DNA of 64,000 nucleotides from Eledone cirrhosa (lineage: Eukaryota), in NCBI GenBank assembly GCA_964016885.1, contig OZ024747.1, forward strand, positions 23,622,001 to 23,686,000. Direction: 5' to 3'. Positions within the stretch are counted from its first letter, which is position 1; each line of letters starts with the position of its first letter. The notes under the pieces are model-generated. The model searched no databases. It saw only the letters and a list, made by a program, of their open reading frames with translations, and had not been told where the DNA came from. This document shows positions 37,774 to 50,944 of this stretch, piece after piece. The translations under genes were made by a program, and so were the position numbers.

Positions 37774-39769
37774 CTAGAAATACAAGAGTCTGAGAACAAA
37801 TTAGATTGACTCAACCAACATGGACTTAGAGGGCTAGGTTAGGAGGAGCAGAAGACATACATACAACACAAGACAACAACAGCAATGCAGATGTTGTATG
37901 TTGTAACAAGCAACCATACACATACATACTGATAATTCATCAATGAATATGAGGCGACTACAATCTATATAATAGAGATGAAATATACCCATGAACTTAG
38001 AGCAAAAGGAATAAAATTTGCTTATAATTTACAATTTTAAACAGATTACATTTTGTTGAAGTTCTTTTGGATGATTTAAATCAAATAAAATAAACTGAAC
38101 ATCTTAAATTATAAATTAACAAAGTGTTAGCTGCTTGGAATGTAAATGCATGTTCATTCTTAAACCTGAAGGTGATGTTCAATTTTGTTTATAAATAAAT
38201 GTTGATTAAAACTAATTAAGTATATATGGTGGAAGAAAAGGGAGACTGCCACATGGTTTATAGGTACATATTTTAATCACATACTTATTTTGATTGTACA
38301 AACAAACAATTGTTGTTTTCTAATAATTGCCCAATACAAACCCAAATATAGAAGTATTAATTATTAGTCTAACATTAAGAGGTAAAAATAAATATTGTTC
38401 AAGTGATAGATGTTCAAAATTTATAAATTATCTAATTATTTTCAAACGTGATAATTACAACCTGGATAATCATCATCATCATCATTTCAGTATTTATGAA
38501 TTAGTAAAACTCTTATCAATGTAAAAAAACAAATTGTAAATTTTATTTACAAGATGTTAAAAATTTTGCACAAGAGATCTAACTGAAAACCAAAAGGTAA
38601 ATCCAATGCTTGGAACTGGATATTAAATGCTCATGATATTAATCAAGATACATTTCAAATTTATAACTACTAACTATTAGGTAAGTTTTATTTCTGAAAT
38701 ACATTTATTCTTTTACTGGTTTCAGTCATTTTGATCATTGTGAACCCAGCACTTAATTCAGCTTGGTACTAATTTCGTTGAAATTAGTACCAGGCTGAAT
38801 TTCGTTCCTCATAAAGGAGCACAACTATATATGTGTGCACAAAATACTCAGTTCACCTTATAAGGTGATTGGCATTAGGAAGTGTATCTAGCCGTAGAAA
38901 ATCAAACAAGACATGGTTGCCCTAACTGTTTGGCTTAAAATGACAGTCCATCTAAACCATGCAAGCATGAAAACTAGATGCTAAATAGTGGTGGTGGTGA
39001 TGTGCGATATGTAAACACAGTTGTCCAGTTTTCATCTAAATTCCACTTACAAGGCACAACAGAAGACACTTGTGCAAGGTGTCTCACAATATGATTGAAC
39101 CCAAGGTATGTCAAGTGAACTTCTTAACCCCCAGGCATGCCTATACCTTTTACTATTAATTGTTTTTACATATTTAATCTAACTGTATCAGTTGGAGAGG
39201 AAGGCATGGTACTAAAATATAATTTTAAAATGTCAAATAATGAAGACACTAAACTATTTTCTCAAAGTTTCACTCTTGATACCAAACTGCTGGAAGCCAC
39301 CCTTAGTTCTATGATACAAAACTGTTCTAAAGGTTTTAAATTTATCTACAAATCTATCATAATTTTATGAAAAAAACCTTTAAGTTATGTCTCACACACC
39401 AGCTTAATGATGAAAAAGTTATATTATTAAATTTCTTCAAATTATTTTCAGAATGATTTGAAAATTCATAAGCAATCATCATCATAACATCTGCTTTCCC
39501 TGTTAGTTGTTAGTAGATGGAGTTGGTACTCAAAGTGAAGGTACTAACCTCATGGTGGGCTGGGAGACTGCATCCTGTTTATGCTCCTGCACCCTATTGA
39601 CTACATTTTATTATGACTCCAGCATTAGGGAAGTTATGTCCTTGACACAGCTAAAGAGTCCTCCCAATACTTTGTTGGGCAGGTTTTCTATGGTTATGAT
39701 GCCTTTCCTATCACCAGTATCGTTTTATTAAAAAAATGGTAATGAAAGGGTTAAGAGACATGCTATATT

Positions 39770-39897
39770 CCATTTGCTTTAGACCCCAGTAGAAAAGTAA
39801 TAGTATCTTCATTAGCTTTAGACCCCAGTAGAAAGTAATGATATCTCCATTTGCTTTAGACCTCAGTAGAAAAGTAATTATATCTTCATTTGCTTTG
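39770..39897. repeat. About 39-bp tandem repeat, 3 copies
   Basis: Unit cattWgctttagaccYcagtagaaaagtaat..tatct. Confidence 0.8.
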
Positions 39898-41829
39898 TAA
39901 GAAATATTTCTTACATTAGCACAAGATCACAAATTTATAGAAGGAAATGAACAACCCAAGCATATTTAGACAATTAGCAGCAAAAGGGTAATGACCAAAA
40001 GAATACAATCGTGAATACAAGCGGCCAAAATAGGATTACTGCAAAGGGTCTTTGGAGTAATGTTACTCAATAAAATTTGTAACTCAAGGTAGAGCCACTA
40101 TTTCTCCGAATTGAGCGATCACAGCCCTGTTACTATTGGCATGTGGTTAGAATGTCTCAGGAAAAAATCGCTAGACAGATTTTACGGGCAAAACCAGCCA
40201 GCAAGAGACCCAGGGGTAGACCCCAAGCAAGATGGTTTGATAACATCCATGAGCTTGGCTGGTCACGCTTGGGGAGCCAGCCGGATCAGTTGGAAACGGT
40301 TGCTTCTGACAGGAGTGTTTGAGGAGTCTGCCCCAACGACCCTCTTAGGAATAAGTAGGCGAAGAAGAAGCAGCAAAAGGAGACAATTACTTTCTTTAAA
40401 AATTATTTCATTTTCAAAGACCCCTGGAAACAAAAAAGTGCCAAATATTTTTAAAATTTAGAGAACTACTAAGATACAAACAAAATATATATCATAGTCG
40501 CCTCATATTTAAATTAACTAATATAGTTTCATAGCTATTAAGTATTTTTCTTAATCAATATACACTGAATAATTATAAAATAAAAGGAAAAAAAAGAGAG
40601 ATAGAGATATCACAGGCACATTGCTCCCATAAAACCTACCAATGCCAAATATATGAAACCTAGCATTTAATAAGCGCTAGTTAATATAATAGATAAATAT
40701 TAATACAGTAAATGAAACAAGATAAATATAAAATGTAGCCTACTAACGTAAGTTTTTTTTTCGAGATATGAAAAACATTAAGTATCTCAAGTAATTTTTT
40801 GAAGTCATTAATTAGAATTCATAATAACCATGACTATTTCATGCTGTGTAGGTGAAAAGATGTCTAACACTTAAAAAATGGCTTCTATCAAAAGCATTAC
40901 TTTCTTCTTTATGGTATAAAATTTATTAGATTTTTAAAACTTTTTTAACGACTGTTAGCTATTACAAATCATCCCTAGTTTCCACAGATTTTATTGTTTC
41001 ATTAGTAAAAAGAAAAAAAAAAAGGATTTAGACCCTGATTTAGAAATGATGAGGAGGGTGATTTTGGGACACCTTGTGGGAAAAACAAAGTCAGTCAAAG
41101 AATGGAGAAACTGATGGGAGTCAACAGCCATCCAATGTGTACACATACTTGTACATTATGATTATGTATGTACTTTGTAATGGAGTAGTATGTGTGCTTT
41201 TTTTTATCCAGAGGGTTATACTGGCAGGAGTCTGGTAAATTTAACTATATTAGTAAATCCAACTATGCTAGACAAGCAAATGGGTAGGAGCCAGATTTAA
41301 CCTGAATCGTTGGTATAGTAAACCACAATGACAAAAAATCCCACCATGGGATGACTGTGTGGTGGATGTATGACATCAGCAGAAGAACCAGAGTTAAATC
41401 AACAGTGATTCATACAAGATGTTGAGCAAAAGAACATCATGGTAGGATCAAATAATTTCATTAAGTAAAAGAATTCAATATGCATTGACGTGAAACACTG
41501 GATACCCTTCCCAAGTCCAGCTACCTTACAAGGTGTACTGAGTGTGTCTTTTCGTGGCAACAACACTACCACTTTACAATTATTCTTAAATCATAATATA
41601 AAGACAAAACTTCTACTGGAGGATAGAATAAGCAACCAAGCCTGATATCTTTGGATTTCTGTATTTAAAACATCAGGGATTATGATTCCCCAAAATGTTA
41701 TCAAGTTTTGGTCTGGGGTCAAAATGGAAAATTCGGCTGTAGAACAATTATTCAAAGGTTTAGATGATGTCAACAAGGATTTTGCTAGTTTTTGCTTGCC
41801 TTCATAGTCAAACAGGTGGTACACATTTT

Positions 41830-42110
41830 ACCCAGCTTTTCTCTCAGCTCATCCAATGCTTCATTTCTCTCTAATTGCCTTCATCTTCTGCATTTACTGC
41901 CTACGTTTCATTGCCATGCAACATCACACTTCTCACACAGGCATCATAGAGAAAATCCTTTTCTTTGTTAACAGAAATAGCCCCTTAAGCTTTTTCCAGC
42001 CTGTTTTTGCATTGATCTCACAAGCCACTCCTCTATGCCCAGTTTCATTAAAGACCACCAGATAACAGATCATGACACTGTGTCAAAGGCCTTCTCCAGA
42101 TCTAAGACAA
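41830..42110 (-). mobile_element. Highly deleted RTE LINE remnant
   Basis: Patches similar to the 24.7-25.6 kb sequence (cacacaggcatcata, tcaaaggccttctc, gaccaccagat). Confidence 0.55.
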
Positions 42111-43009
42111 AGTAATTCTATGCTGCAAGGCATGGTGTCTCATATCAACCATAATGTATGTTTGTTATATCTATCTTCATACTTAACTCTAAAATGTACA
42201 CACACATACATGATGCCTTCCAACCCCAAGGTCATGGGTGCTAACCCTACATGACCTTGTAAATAGTTATTTCAAAAAAAATTTCTCATATTTAATCCTA
42301 TATGACATTTGAATATACATGCTTAACATTTATGTAGTTATATCCTAGAAATAAATTATTAAAATGTCAGTAATCAACATAAACTATAGGTTTCTTATCA
42401 AAATGCAAATTTCCCAGTTTGCAGGATTCTTCATATATTCGGCATCCCTGGTATATAGATATATATATAGATATATATATATATATATATGGCACTAGTT
42501 CACTAGTACATATATATAACGTGTATGTGTGTGTTATATTTCAAATTATTTGGGTGATATTTAGTGGTCGGAGGGAATTAAAAATTGAATAGTGACCAAG
42601 CTTCACTCAGAGCAGGGAATTAAAAACTTAAATTTGTAGAATCTTTTGTTTCACCCGATGTGTAAAACACAGAACTCTTAAAATTAAAAAAAAATTACAA
42701 TTAGAGTGTTAGAGGTGAACTTTTTCCAAAATGGTAACAATTTTCTTTTTTAATTCATGTAATTTCATAAACTTTCCCATACTAAGATATCACATCATTA
42801 ACTACTTTGTTTTATTTTATTAATAAGGGGAAACAGTAAACTAAATGAATAAAGTATCAAATTTAATTAAAGGAGACAGATAATATTTTGGTAAGTCTAA
42901 AATACTAAGTACACTGACTATATTAAATATAATTGGCAATGGTAGAAAATTTATTAGTGCAACAAAGGTTTTACAATGAAGAAAAGAGGTATGAAATCAC
43001 TGTACCAAC

Positions 43010-43075
43010 CTGTAAATCTTTCTTCAGCTTGAGAAGATCCAAATTATCAGGATCAGATGTTAAAGAAGCTTCCAC
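43010..43075 (-). CDS. SMNDC1: SMNDC1 coding exon 2
   Basis: tttag|VEASLTSDPDNLDLLKLKKDLQ|gttggt; matches the conserved SPF30 N-terminal helix. Confidence 0.92.
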
Positions 43076-45066
43076 CTAAATGAAAATTCTTCAATTAATT
43101 AACTGCAAGTCAGGGCAAATAAAATTTTAATAATTTCAATAAAAATGTTTAAATTATCCACACATCTTAGTAAAGACTCCCTTTGGGCCCGAATGACCAC
43201 GAGATTTGCACCTAGAAAGTTCCCCTCCAAGCACAAGTCTGGAAGACCAACAGTCACCCATGCATACTAGTCTACCCTCTCCACACAACCAACGTTGTTC
43301 ATGGGAAAGGCAAAGACCGATACAGCTTGGCACCAGTGACGTCGCTATTCATATCTACAGTTGAGTAAACTGGAGCAACATAAAATAAAGTGTCTTGCTC
43401 AAGAATACAATGCACCAGCTGGTCCAAGAATTGAACTCACAACCTCATGATTGCAGGCCCACTAATTTACAGTATTAGGTACCCCTCCTTCCCATGATAG
43501 ATTATTATATGACAATATAATCCAAATTAAGGTTAACATGAGGATGGGGAGGAGAGCTGCGACGCTCACAATGAAGTTTTAGTTATTGTTGACGGCTCGT
43601 CTTACCAAACTGATGCCCCTGGTGGGGGTGCCGCTTATTCCAGCGGCTTAGCTATGCTGTAATATGGACTTATGGACGTATCAAGTAATGTACGCGACAG
43701 TGCTTGATTATTCCAGCGCCTTAGCATCGCTAACACCTGCGGTAATGCTACGAGTGAATTGGCTCGTCTCGAATATTATTGGGAGAAAGTACCAGTAATG
43801 TACTGGAGTAATTGCTGGCCTTGTGCCAAATGTAGAAACAATTATTAGGAGAAACTCTAGCGCCTTTGTGGTGGCGCGTAATAGTGTCTTCTCCCATTTT
43901 TTTCTCTATTTTTGTTACTTAAATATAAATTGTGTTTATTTGTATGTATTCTATTGAAATAAATACATACAAATAAACAATTAACTTCGTACTGTCTTAA
44001 CTGTTCAGGCTAAAGGTTGAAATCGTATACCATCAGGATATCTATCTTAACTAACAGTACAAATAATAGTAATTTAAGTACGGGATTCCCGAGCAAGTAG
44101 CAATGTGAATAAGAGGAAATACACAACGAAGCTGTTAACTTTGCCTTTCATCCTTACGGGGTTGATAAAATAAAGTACCAGTAATGTACTGAGTTAATGA
44201 TGGCCTTGTGTCAAAAGTAGAAACAATTATTTACTTAATACAGACGAAGGGTTGAGTTAAGGGGAGTACTTAAAGTCAATTAGATTTGTGTGTACTAGTC
44301 AATCACAAACAATACACGGTTTATCACGATAGTTACGGTAGGACTGCCTAAAATTTTTTTTTTTTCATATTTTGGTGGAGTTTGAGAACACTTTTTTTTT
44401 AAAGTTACAAATTACATAACTTCTATTTTTAAAAAAACATTAAATTTCCGTGGAGGGCTGACCTGTGAAGTGTGAAGTGAATCGACATCAGAACAAACAT
44501 TAGTGGACTAATTAAAAGACGGAGTATAATACACGGAAACAACATTCTGAATTCGTTATTTTCATCTTTATATGTCAATATATATTTTTTATTTGGTTTC
44601 CAAATTGGAAATGAAATCCAGGTCTAAATAAACTACCATAAAAATTAAATAAGTCACCCTCCATTCAAGAGCTTTATCAGAAAAATTGGAGGGAATGATG
44701 AAGACAATAAAAGACCAAACGAAAATGTCTAAGACAATAAAAAATAACACGTGTCGTGAAATAATTACATTGAGTTATTTAATGTTTGACAATGTTTTAA
44801 GAAAGATAAGTAAAAGATTGTTTATTCACTAAGTTTTTGACATCAATATGAAATCTAATAACACAAACACACCATTAGTTCGTTTGTTCACAATGCGTAA
44901 CAATAGAAATTGACATTTTAAAGACACAATAGAAGAGGAAGCAGAGTAAAAATAGAAGACAATAGGATAATCGGTATGCATCGTTAGAAATAACATAGAA
45001 GTTGGATGTATAAACAACTATACATTAGAAATAATACGGTTTTGAAATGTGAAAGTAAAAATATAC

Positions 45067-45114
45067 CTGCTGAAGCTGAGATTTGTACAAGTTTAGTTGC
45101 GTCTCGTCCGCCAT
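45067..45114 (-). CDS. SMNDC1: SMNDC1/SPF30 coding exon 1
   Basis: aaaATGGCG start; MADETQLNLYKSQLQQ|gtatat. Confidence 0.9.
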
Positions 45115-45344
45115 TTTACTATTTTCAAGAAGCCAATGGTGTCTTGAGGCGGCTTTTTAACAAATAAATATAATAGCTAAAATTAAACACTATCTTTAAA
45201 AAATATTCTAGAAATTTCTCAGGTAAATTATCAACTGTATTAAACATTAGAAAACAAAAGGACTTCACTTTTATATTAATAACCTAATAAATATTATCCA
45301 ATGAATATTGCTATGAGTCACAACTTCATCAAGACGTACTTCCG
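45108..45344 (-). promoter_or_regulatory. SMNDC1 proximal promoter motifs
   Basis: YY1-type AAAATGGCGG overlapping the start codon and an ETS-type CGGAAGT (ACTTCCG at 45338-45344); both are typical of housekeeping promoters. Confidence 0.35.
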
Positions 45345-48300
45345 TTATTAAAGATTTTATGGTGGTTCAGACTAGACATAAAAGTTAATATTAACACGTT
45401 TAATAGCGGTACCATTAAGAAAAGGGGTAATTATATGTAAAAGTGCCCAGTTATGAATACAGTATTTTGTTATCAAATAAACATCGCAGTTTGAGATATT
45501 CAGGTTACCGCAGTAGAAGAGACTGATATTTTGACAAGTCCTAAAATATATAAGAAAAGGCTGGTACTAACAATGCTTAAGGTAATGTGCAAGAAATTGA
45601 AATAAATTCGAATTCCACTTGTCTTGCGAAGAATTAAAAAATCGCTAGATCAATAATCAATTCTAATCAAGAATGCCAGGGGAGACAACCCCAAAATTAT
45701 AATTAGTTAAAAATTAAATGTAATACAGTGGAGAAGGCAATCTGATCCTGGTGATACAGTGACAACTCTACATCTTTCAGTTTTATCGTCTGATCAATAC
45801 TCAAGGTGCCACTTGCTTTCTGTAAGAGACTCAAGGATGATACTTTGCCTATGGCCAAGGTTGATGCTTTGCCCAAGTGACCTACTTGGATTGGATGATC
45901 TCTGAATCTCCATCATGCTCAGAGTTGGAGCTGATGTCTGTGGAGTATTTAAACCGGCCGTATCCAGCCAGAATTCTCGCCCCTCTTTCTTTTCAAACCA
46001 GCTGCCCATTCTTATGTTAAGGTATTGTTCTCAAAATAAATAATATCAATATCTCATAGATTCCATATTATGTGAAATATAGGTGTTTACTGTAAAAATA
46101 CAATAGTAAATATAGAGTAATGTAAATGCTGAACAGTTAAATATCAATACCATAAGCTCCTTGGCTCTGCATGGATTGTCTGGCCAGCTGAATGCAGGTT
46201 GCCTTGCTTGTCATACAAAGCTGAACAATAATTGAGCAGAGCCTGACCAGAGTCAGTTTACTCTTAATTTTGGAGCCAGTATTGTTGAGAGGAAGAAATG
46301 ATCTTATTGGTTATACCTCTAACCCAAGTACAACCAATAAGCTCATTTACATAATGAAAGCTATACCCATTTTCACAAGAGAAGATAGCTCCCACCCACT
46401 CCAAAGTGGGTGGGAGATCTCCCCATTGGATGGGGAGAGTTGACAGGTCTGTGAGATGCCATAGTTAGTGGCTCTTTTGTTCCTTTCCATATCTTGAATT
46501 CTGCTATAACTGAACAATGAAATTCTAAAATTCCAGGCATTATTGGCAAATTATATTTTCAGTCCGTGGCTTGTGAGTTTGCTTCTCTTCTCCCACCTTT
46601 TTTCTTTCTTTTTCTCTCTCATTAAATCTTAATAACATACAGTTTTACTAGGTGCAAAATTGGAGTCACTTAGACGTTTCTCATGTAATCACAATATTCT
46701 GCCGAGTCATCAGAATGAGCAAGGAAAAAAACACCTAAAGTCTTCATGTATAGCCAGTTTGATAGTGGACATAGAAATGTTTGGACAGCTATAGCTCAAG
46801 TACAAAAACAAGCTGAAGTGTAATTTTTCAGCAAACAATATACCTTAAGAGACCTTTGAACAAGTGACCTTGGAATGGAAAGACTGGAAATCTGTGTTAT
46901 AATGAGATAAGAAATTTCAAATCTGACTATATCCATTGATTATGAGAAGCAAGGAGGAGGACAAAATATTATCGAGGAGGACAAAATGTTATCAAACATC
47001 CCAACAACATTGTCCTATAAACTTTACACATGCAGCTGAACCTCACAAAGGAGATGACCCAGGATTGAGAAAACTGATGATATTCCATAATACGGACCCC
47101 ATGCAAGCAGAATGAAATAGCACAAGGAAGGTAGCTTCCACCTATCAGTATGTTAATCACCTATCTCCCTTCACCCTATACCTGAAGAAGCAGAAAGGTG
47201 GTATAACAATCAGATCACACCTCCCACATGCCAGTATAATCTTGAATTCCCTGCTGATTCCCTTTCCCCACTCTAAATCTGAAGAAGCAGAGAGATGGAC
47301 CAACTCTCAGGACCTCACCTGCTAGTTTACTTCTGACTTCTTTTCCCAATCCATGCTAGCATGGAAATCTAGGATGAACCCTCGCTGATTCACCTTTCCT
47401 GCTGAACCTTTGCACCCCTAAAACTTTCTCAACCCCAAAAAGCCAAGCACACCCCAAAATGACAGGCACCACCTATCCATCTACTTACTCTAATGCAAAC
47501 CACATATCAATGTGCCTTTTATGCCATCAAGAGAATGTTAGACACCATCTTCTTGCTTCAATGACCCCCACCCAGCAGTGTGATATCTATACCCCAGCCC
47601 AACCCCCCACTATTTTCTCCCCAGCATTACCAAGGACATTGAGCACATTAGTGCTGTATTGAGGTAGTGCTGGTTCCACAACAAAAAACCACCCAGTACA
47701 CCCTGTAAGGGAGTAGTGTCAGAGTCACAATAAAATGCTTCCAGTACAAGCTGTAATGTGATTGATGTTAGGAAGGATATCTAGCAATAGAAACGAAGCT
47801 TCCAGTACACATCGTAAAGTGGTTGGCATTAGAAAGGGAATCCAGTCATAGAAACCAAGCATACCAACAGGATCTAATCACCTGACATGTCTGATCACAG
47901 ACATCTAACCAATGCAATCATAGAAAATAGTTGTTAAACAGTGATGATGATATTAGTCTATCAAATTTCAACAACTGGATTTTCGCAAGTACTTTCATGT
48001 CTTCTGGGATATTCTTCAGGCTAATGTAAACATCATGATGTTATCTTGGCGAATATGGTGACAATGTTTACATTCCTCTAAAGAAATAGGTTATGGCTAC
48101 ACATCTGTGGAATAGTCAGCCACTTGCTCATTAATTTCATGGTTAGGCTGTTCCTTTCATTGCAGCAACTAAAACACTCATCATTCTGACAGAGGTCCAA
48201 AAACATGTGCACACAAATACATACACATCTTAAATTTTTATTATGGTTAATCCAGGACTTCTGTTTCAACCCTACACTTTCAAATATCATTCATTCTTCA

Positions 48301-49724
48301 TAATACTTTATTCTGCAACAAAAGCAAGGAACATTTAATAACACAAGATTTTTTTTTTTTTGTTTTTTTTTTTATTGCCAAATTAATCAACATGATTTAC
48401 AATATCTTTAACATGCCCAAATAAAGGATATGATTGTCATAGCTGGGAATGCCTTCGATCAAAACTGATCAAAGACTTAACAACAACTATAACACTGAGT
48501 TAGTGTACTGTGGCGGTTATACATTGAAGGGATTTGCAGTTGCTTTCTTCAAGCAGGCATGAAACATAGATCTAAGTGGTAGGCTAAATAGGAGTTATGA
48601 GTTCCTTTTTGCCCATCAAGGACTTAAATGTCTTTGGTAAATGGATTACAATCTCATAGACAAGTAGATTATTTTGAATTTCTTTAAATTCAATTTTGTA
48701 TAGCTTCTAGATGATATAACATCACTGGGCCTAACATCCTTCACAGGTGCAAACACAGCAACACAGTTTTTAGTCTGGCTAGAAAGTCACATCGAAACTG
48801 AAGTTTACATGATCAATGTAGAATGATTTTCAATTGTTGCCATAAAATATCACAATCAGAATACAACAGAAGTATACTGAGAATTACTTCAAATAATCAA
48901 TTAAATATCAAAATAAAATGTAGTTGATGTTTTCATTAAGCTTGTATAAAAAGAACAACTTTATATGAATATCTATGCTCAACTTTAAATCATGTTGATT
49001 TTAAAAGTTTTCTTTCGAAAATATTCATTATGAAACATATTCACTAATAATATTTCATTTGTATGTAGTAAGAATAAATTTCAGTTGAAATATATTTGGT
49101 TAATTGAGTTACATAATGTCACCATTCATAAAAACTGAGGTACTATCATTTATAGCTAACAATACCTTAATATATGGATATATATAACAACAATTCATAA
49201 ATAGATATATCAAATCTCACTAAAATAAAAAGATCAAATTTAAGTGTGTGTGTGTTTTTCTTTTAAAGAAATATGTTTTAATATAGTCAATCTTTGCAGT
49301 GAGTGTGCAGTATTTGAATTATATAATTCTGGTGTTTACTTGGAGTCAGTCCTACTCTTAATACTGTAAGATGCATCAGTTTATTACTTATAAGCTCTTC
49401 ACATCATTGAAATATTCTGCTGATGATATACATGATTTCTTTGTGGGGGGTCTTGAAATATAAATTATTTTATAAGCAACAGGAAATTGTAGCAAACATA
49501 GTAATTCAAATATATACATTAAGACAGCAAAATATATCTTAATTATCACATGACATTTAAATATGCCATTAAATGAAATGTAAAATTTTGAAAGATATAT
49601 TTGTAATTAAGAGATTCAGATGAATGTAGAACATATAATAATTATAATTTTTTTAATTGCTTTCTTTTGGAAATTTTAATTATAATTATTAAATAGGTAT
49701 GCTAGCATTGTTTTATAAACATCT

Positions 49725-49882
49725 TCAACTGAAATTACTGTGGGTTCTCTCATCTATCAATTCATGATTATTGTGGCCATTTTTATCCTCTGTTGACTGG
49801 TGTAAACAATGTTTTGCACTTTCAAAACTTGGGTCAAGATTAAGAGCATCTTGCATGTCTTTAATAGCTTCATCAAAGTACC
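49725..49882 (-). CDS. TTC32: TTC32-like terminal exon
   Basis: ttacag|GG-YFDEAIKDMQDALNLDPSFESAKHCLHQSTEDKNGHNNHELIDERTHSNFS*; total 153 aa. Confidence 0.88.
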
Positions 49883-50789
49883 CTGTAATTTAGAAAACTA
49901 GTTTAGTAGTAATAAATTTAAGGTAAAAAAATTCTATATTCATTGACAAAATTAATAGGACATATTACATACCTAAATACCATCTATTGATTTTTTAATG
50001 AATTTATATTTATAGTCTACGATTTAAATACTGATATGAATGAATGATTAGCTTTCAAAAAAATTACAGATTTGGAATTTTTTAACAGCTTAATCATAAG
50101 AATGTGTATTGAATTGTAAAAGTTAAAATAACCTTTATTTCACTAATTCTCCTTTTAAAAATGATAGATTATGTATGGGTTATAGCATAAACAAAGCATA
50201 TATACTACATGTGTTACAGGATAATCTTGGACTACATACAACTTTTCTGTTTAAATGAAAAAGAAATGACATTTCCTAAAAAGATATTAATGAAAGGAAC
50301 CTAATCCAGTAAAAAAATCACTACCACCAAGAATAGATGTATGGAGTATTGTAGAATAGACTCACCTTAACTTTAGACACACATAAGAAGTGAATTTGTC
50401 TCATCCCTCATCAAATTATCCCTATATCTCTTTTTGAACTATATATACAATTCAGAGTCCACACCCATGTATTGAATACAGTTTTGCATACATTGAGAAC
50501 TTTCCCATAATTCTGCACACTTGATAAGAAGTTATAAAAAAAAGTCTAAAACTTTGGATTAGCAGGACAAAAATTCATTTTTCTCCCAAGGTTCTTTGGT
50601 ATCAGGCCATAGCAGGTTCTTCAATGAATTTGTTTCTAGTGATTTCTCCCCAAGTCTAAAGTCTAATACAATGAAATTAAATCTAAGACATTGGCTTTTT
50701 ATCTCCAAGGTTTGTAAGACATAAAATCAACAAACCAGTAATAATTAAAGAAAAAAGATTTTTAAAACTTTTTCAGGCAATAAACTCAC

Positions 50790-50944
50790 CAAGCCTGTAA
50801 TGAATCAGTCCTCGGTTATAGTATGTCACAGGGAGTTGTGTATGGTCTAGACCTTTTGTGTAATCATTAACAGCTTCAGGAAAGTCAACATTCAAATAAC
50901 GAAGATGTCCACGGTTATTGTAAGCTAGAGCAATTTGTTCTTGC
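50790..50944 (-). CDS. TTC32: TTC32-like exon 2 (TPR repeats)
   Basis: ttgcag|G-QEQIALAYNNRGHLRYLNVDFPEAVNDYTKGLDHTQLPVTYYNRGLIHYRL-G|gtgagt; AYNNRG and YYNRGL..YRLG are TTC32 TPR motifs. Confidence 0.9.
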
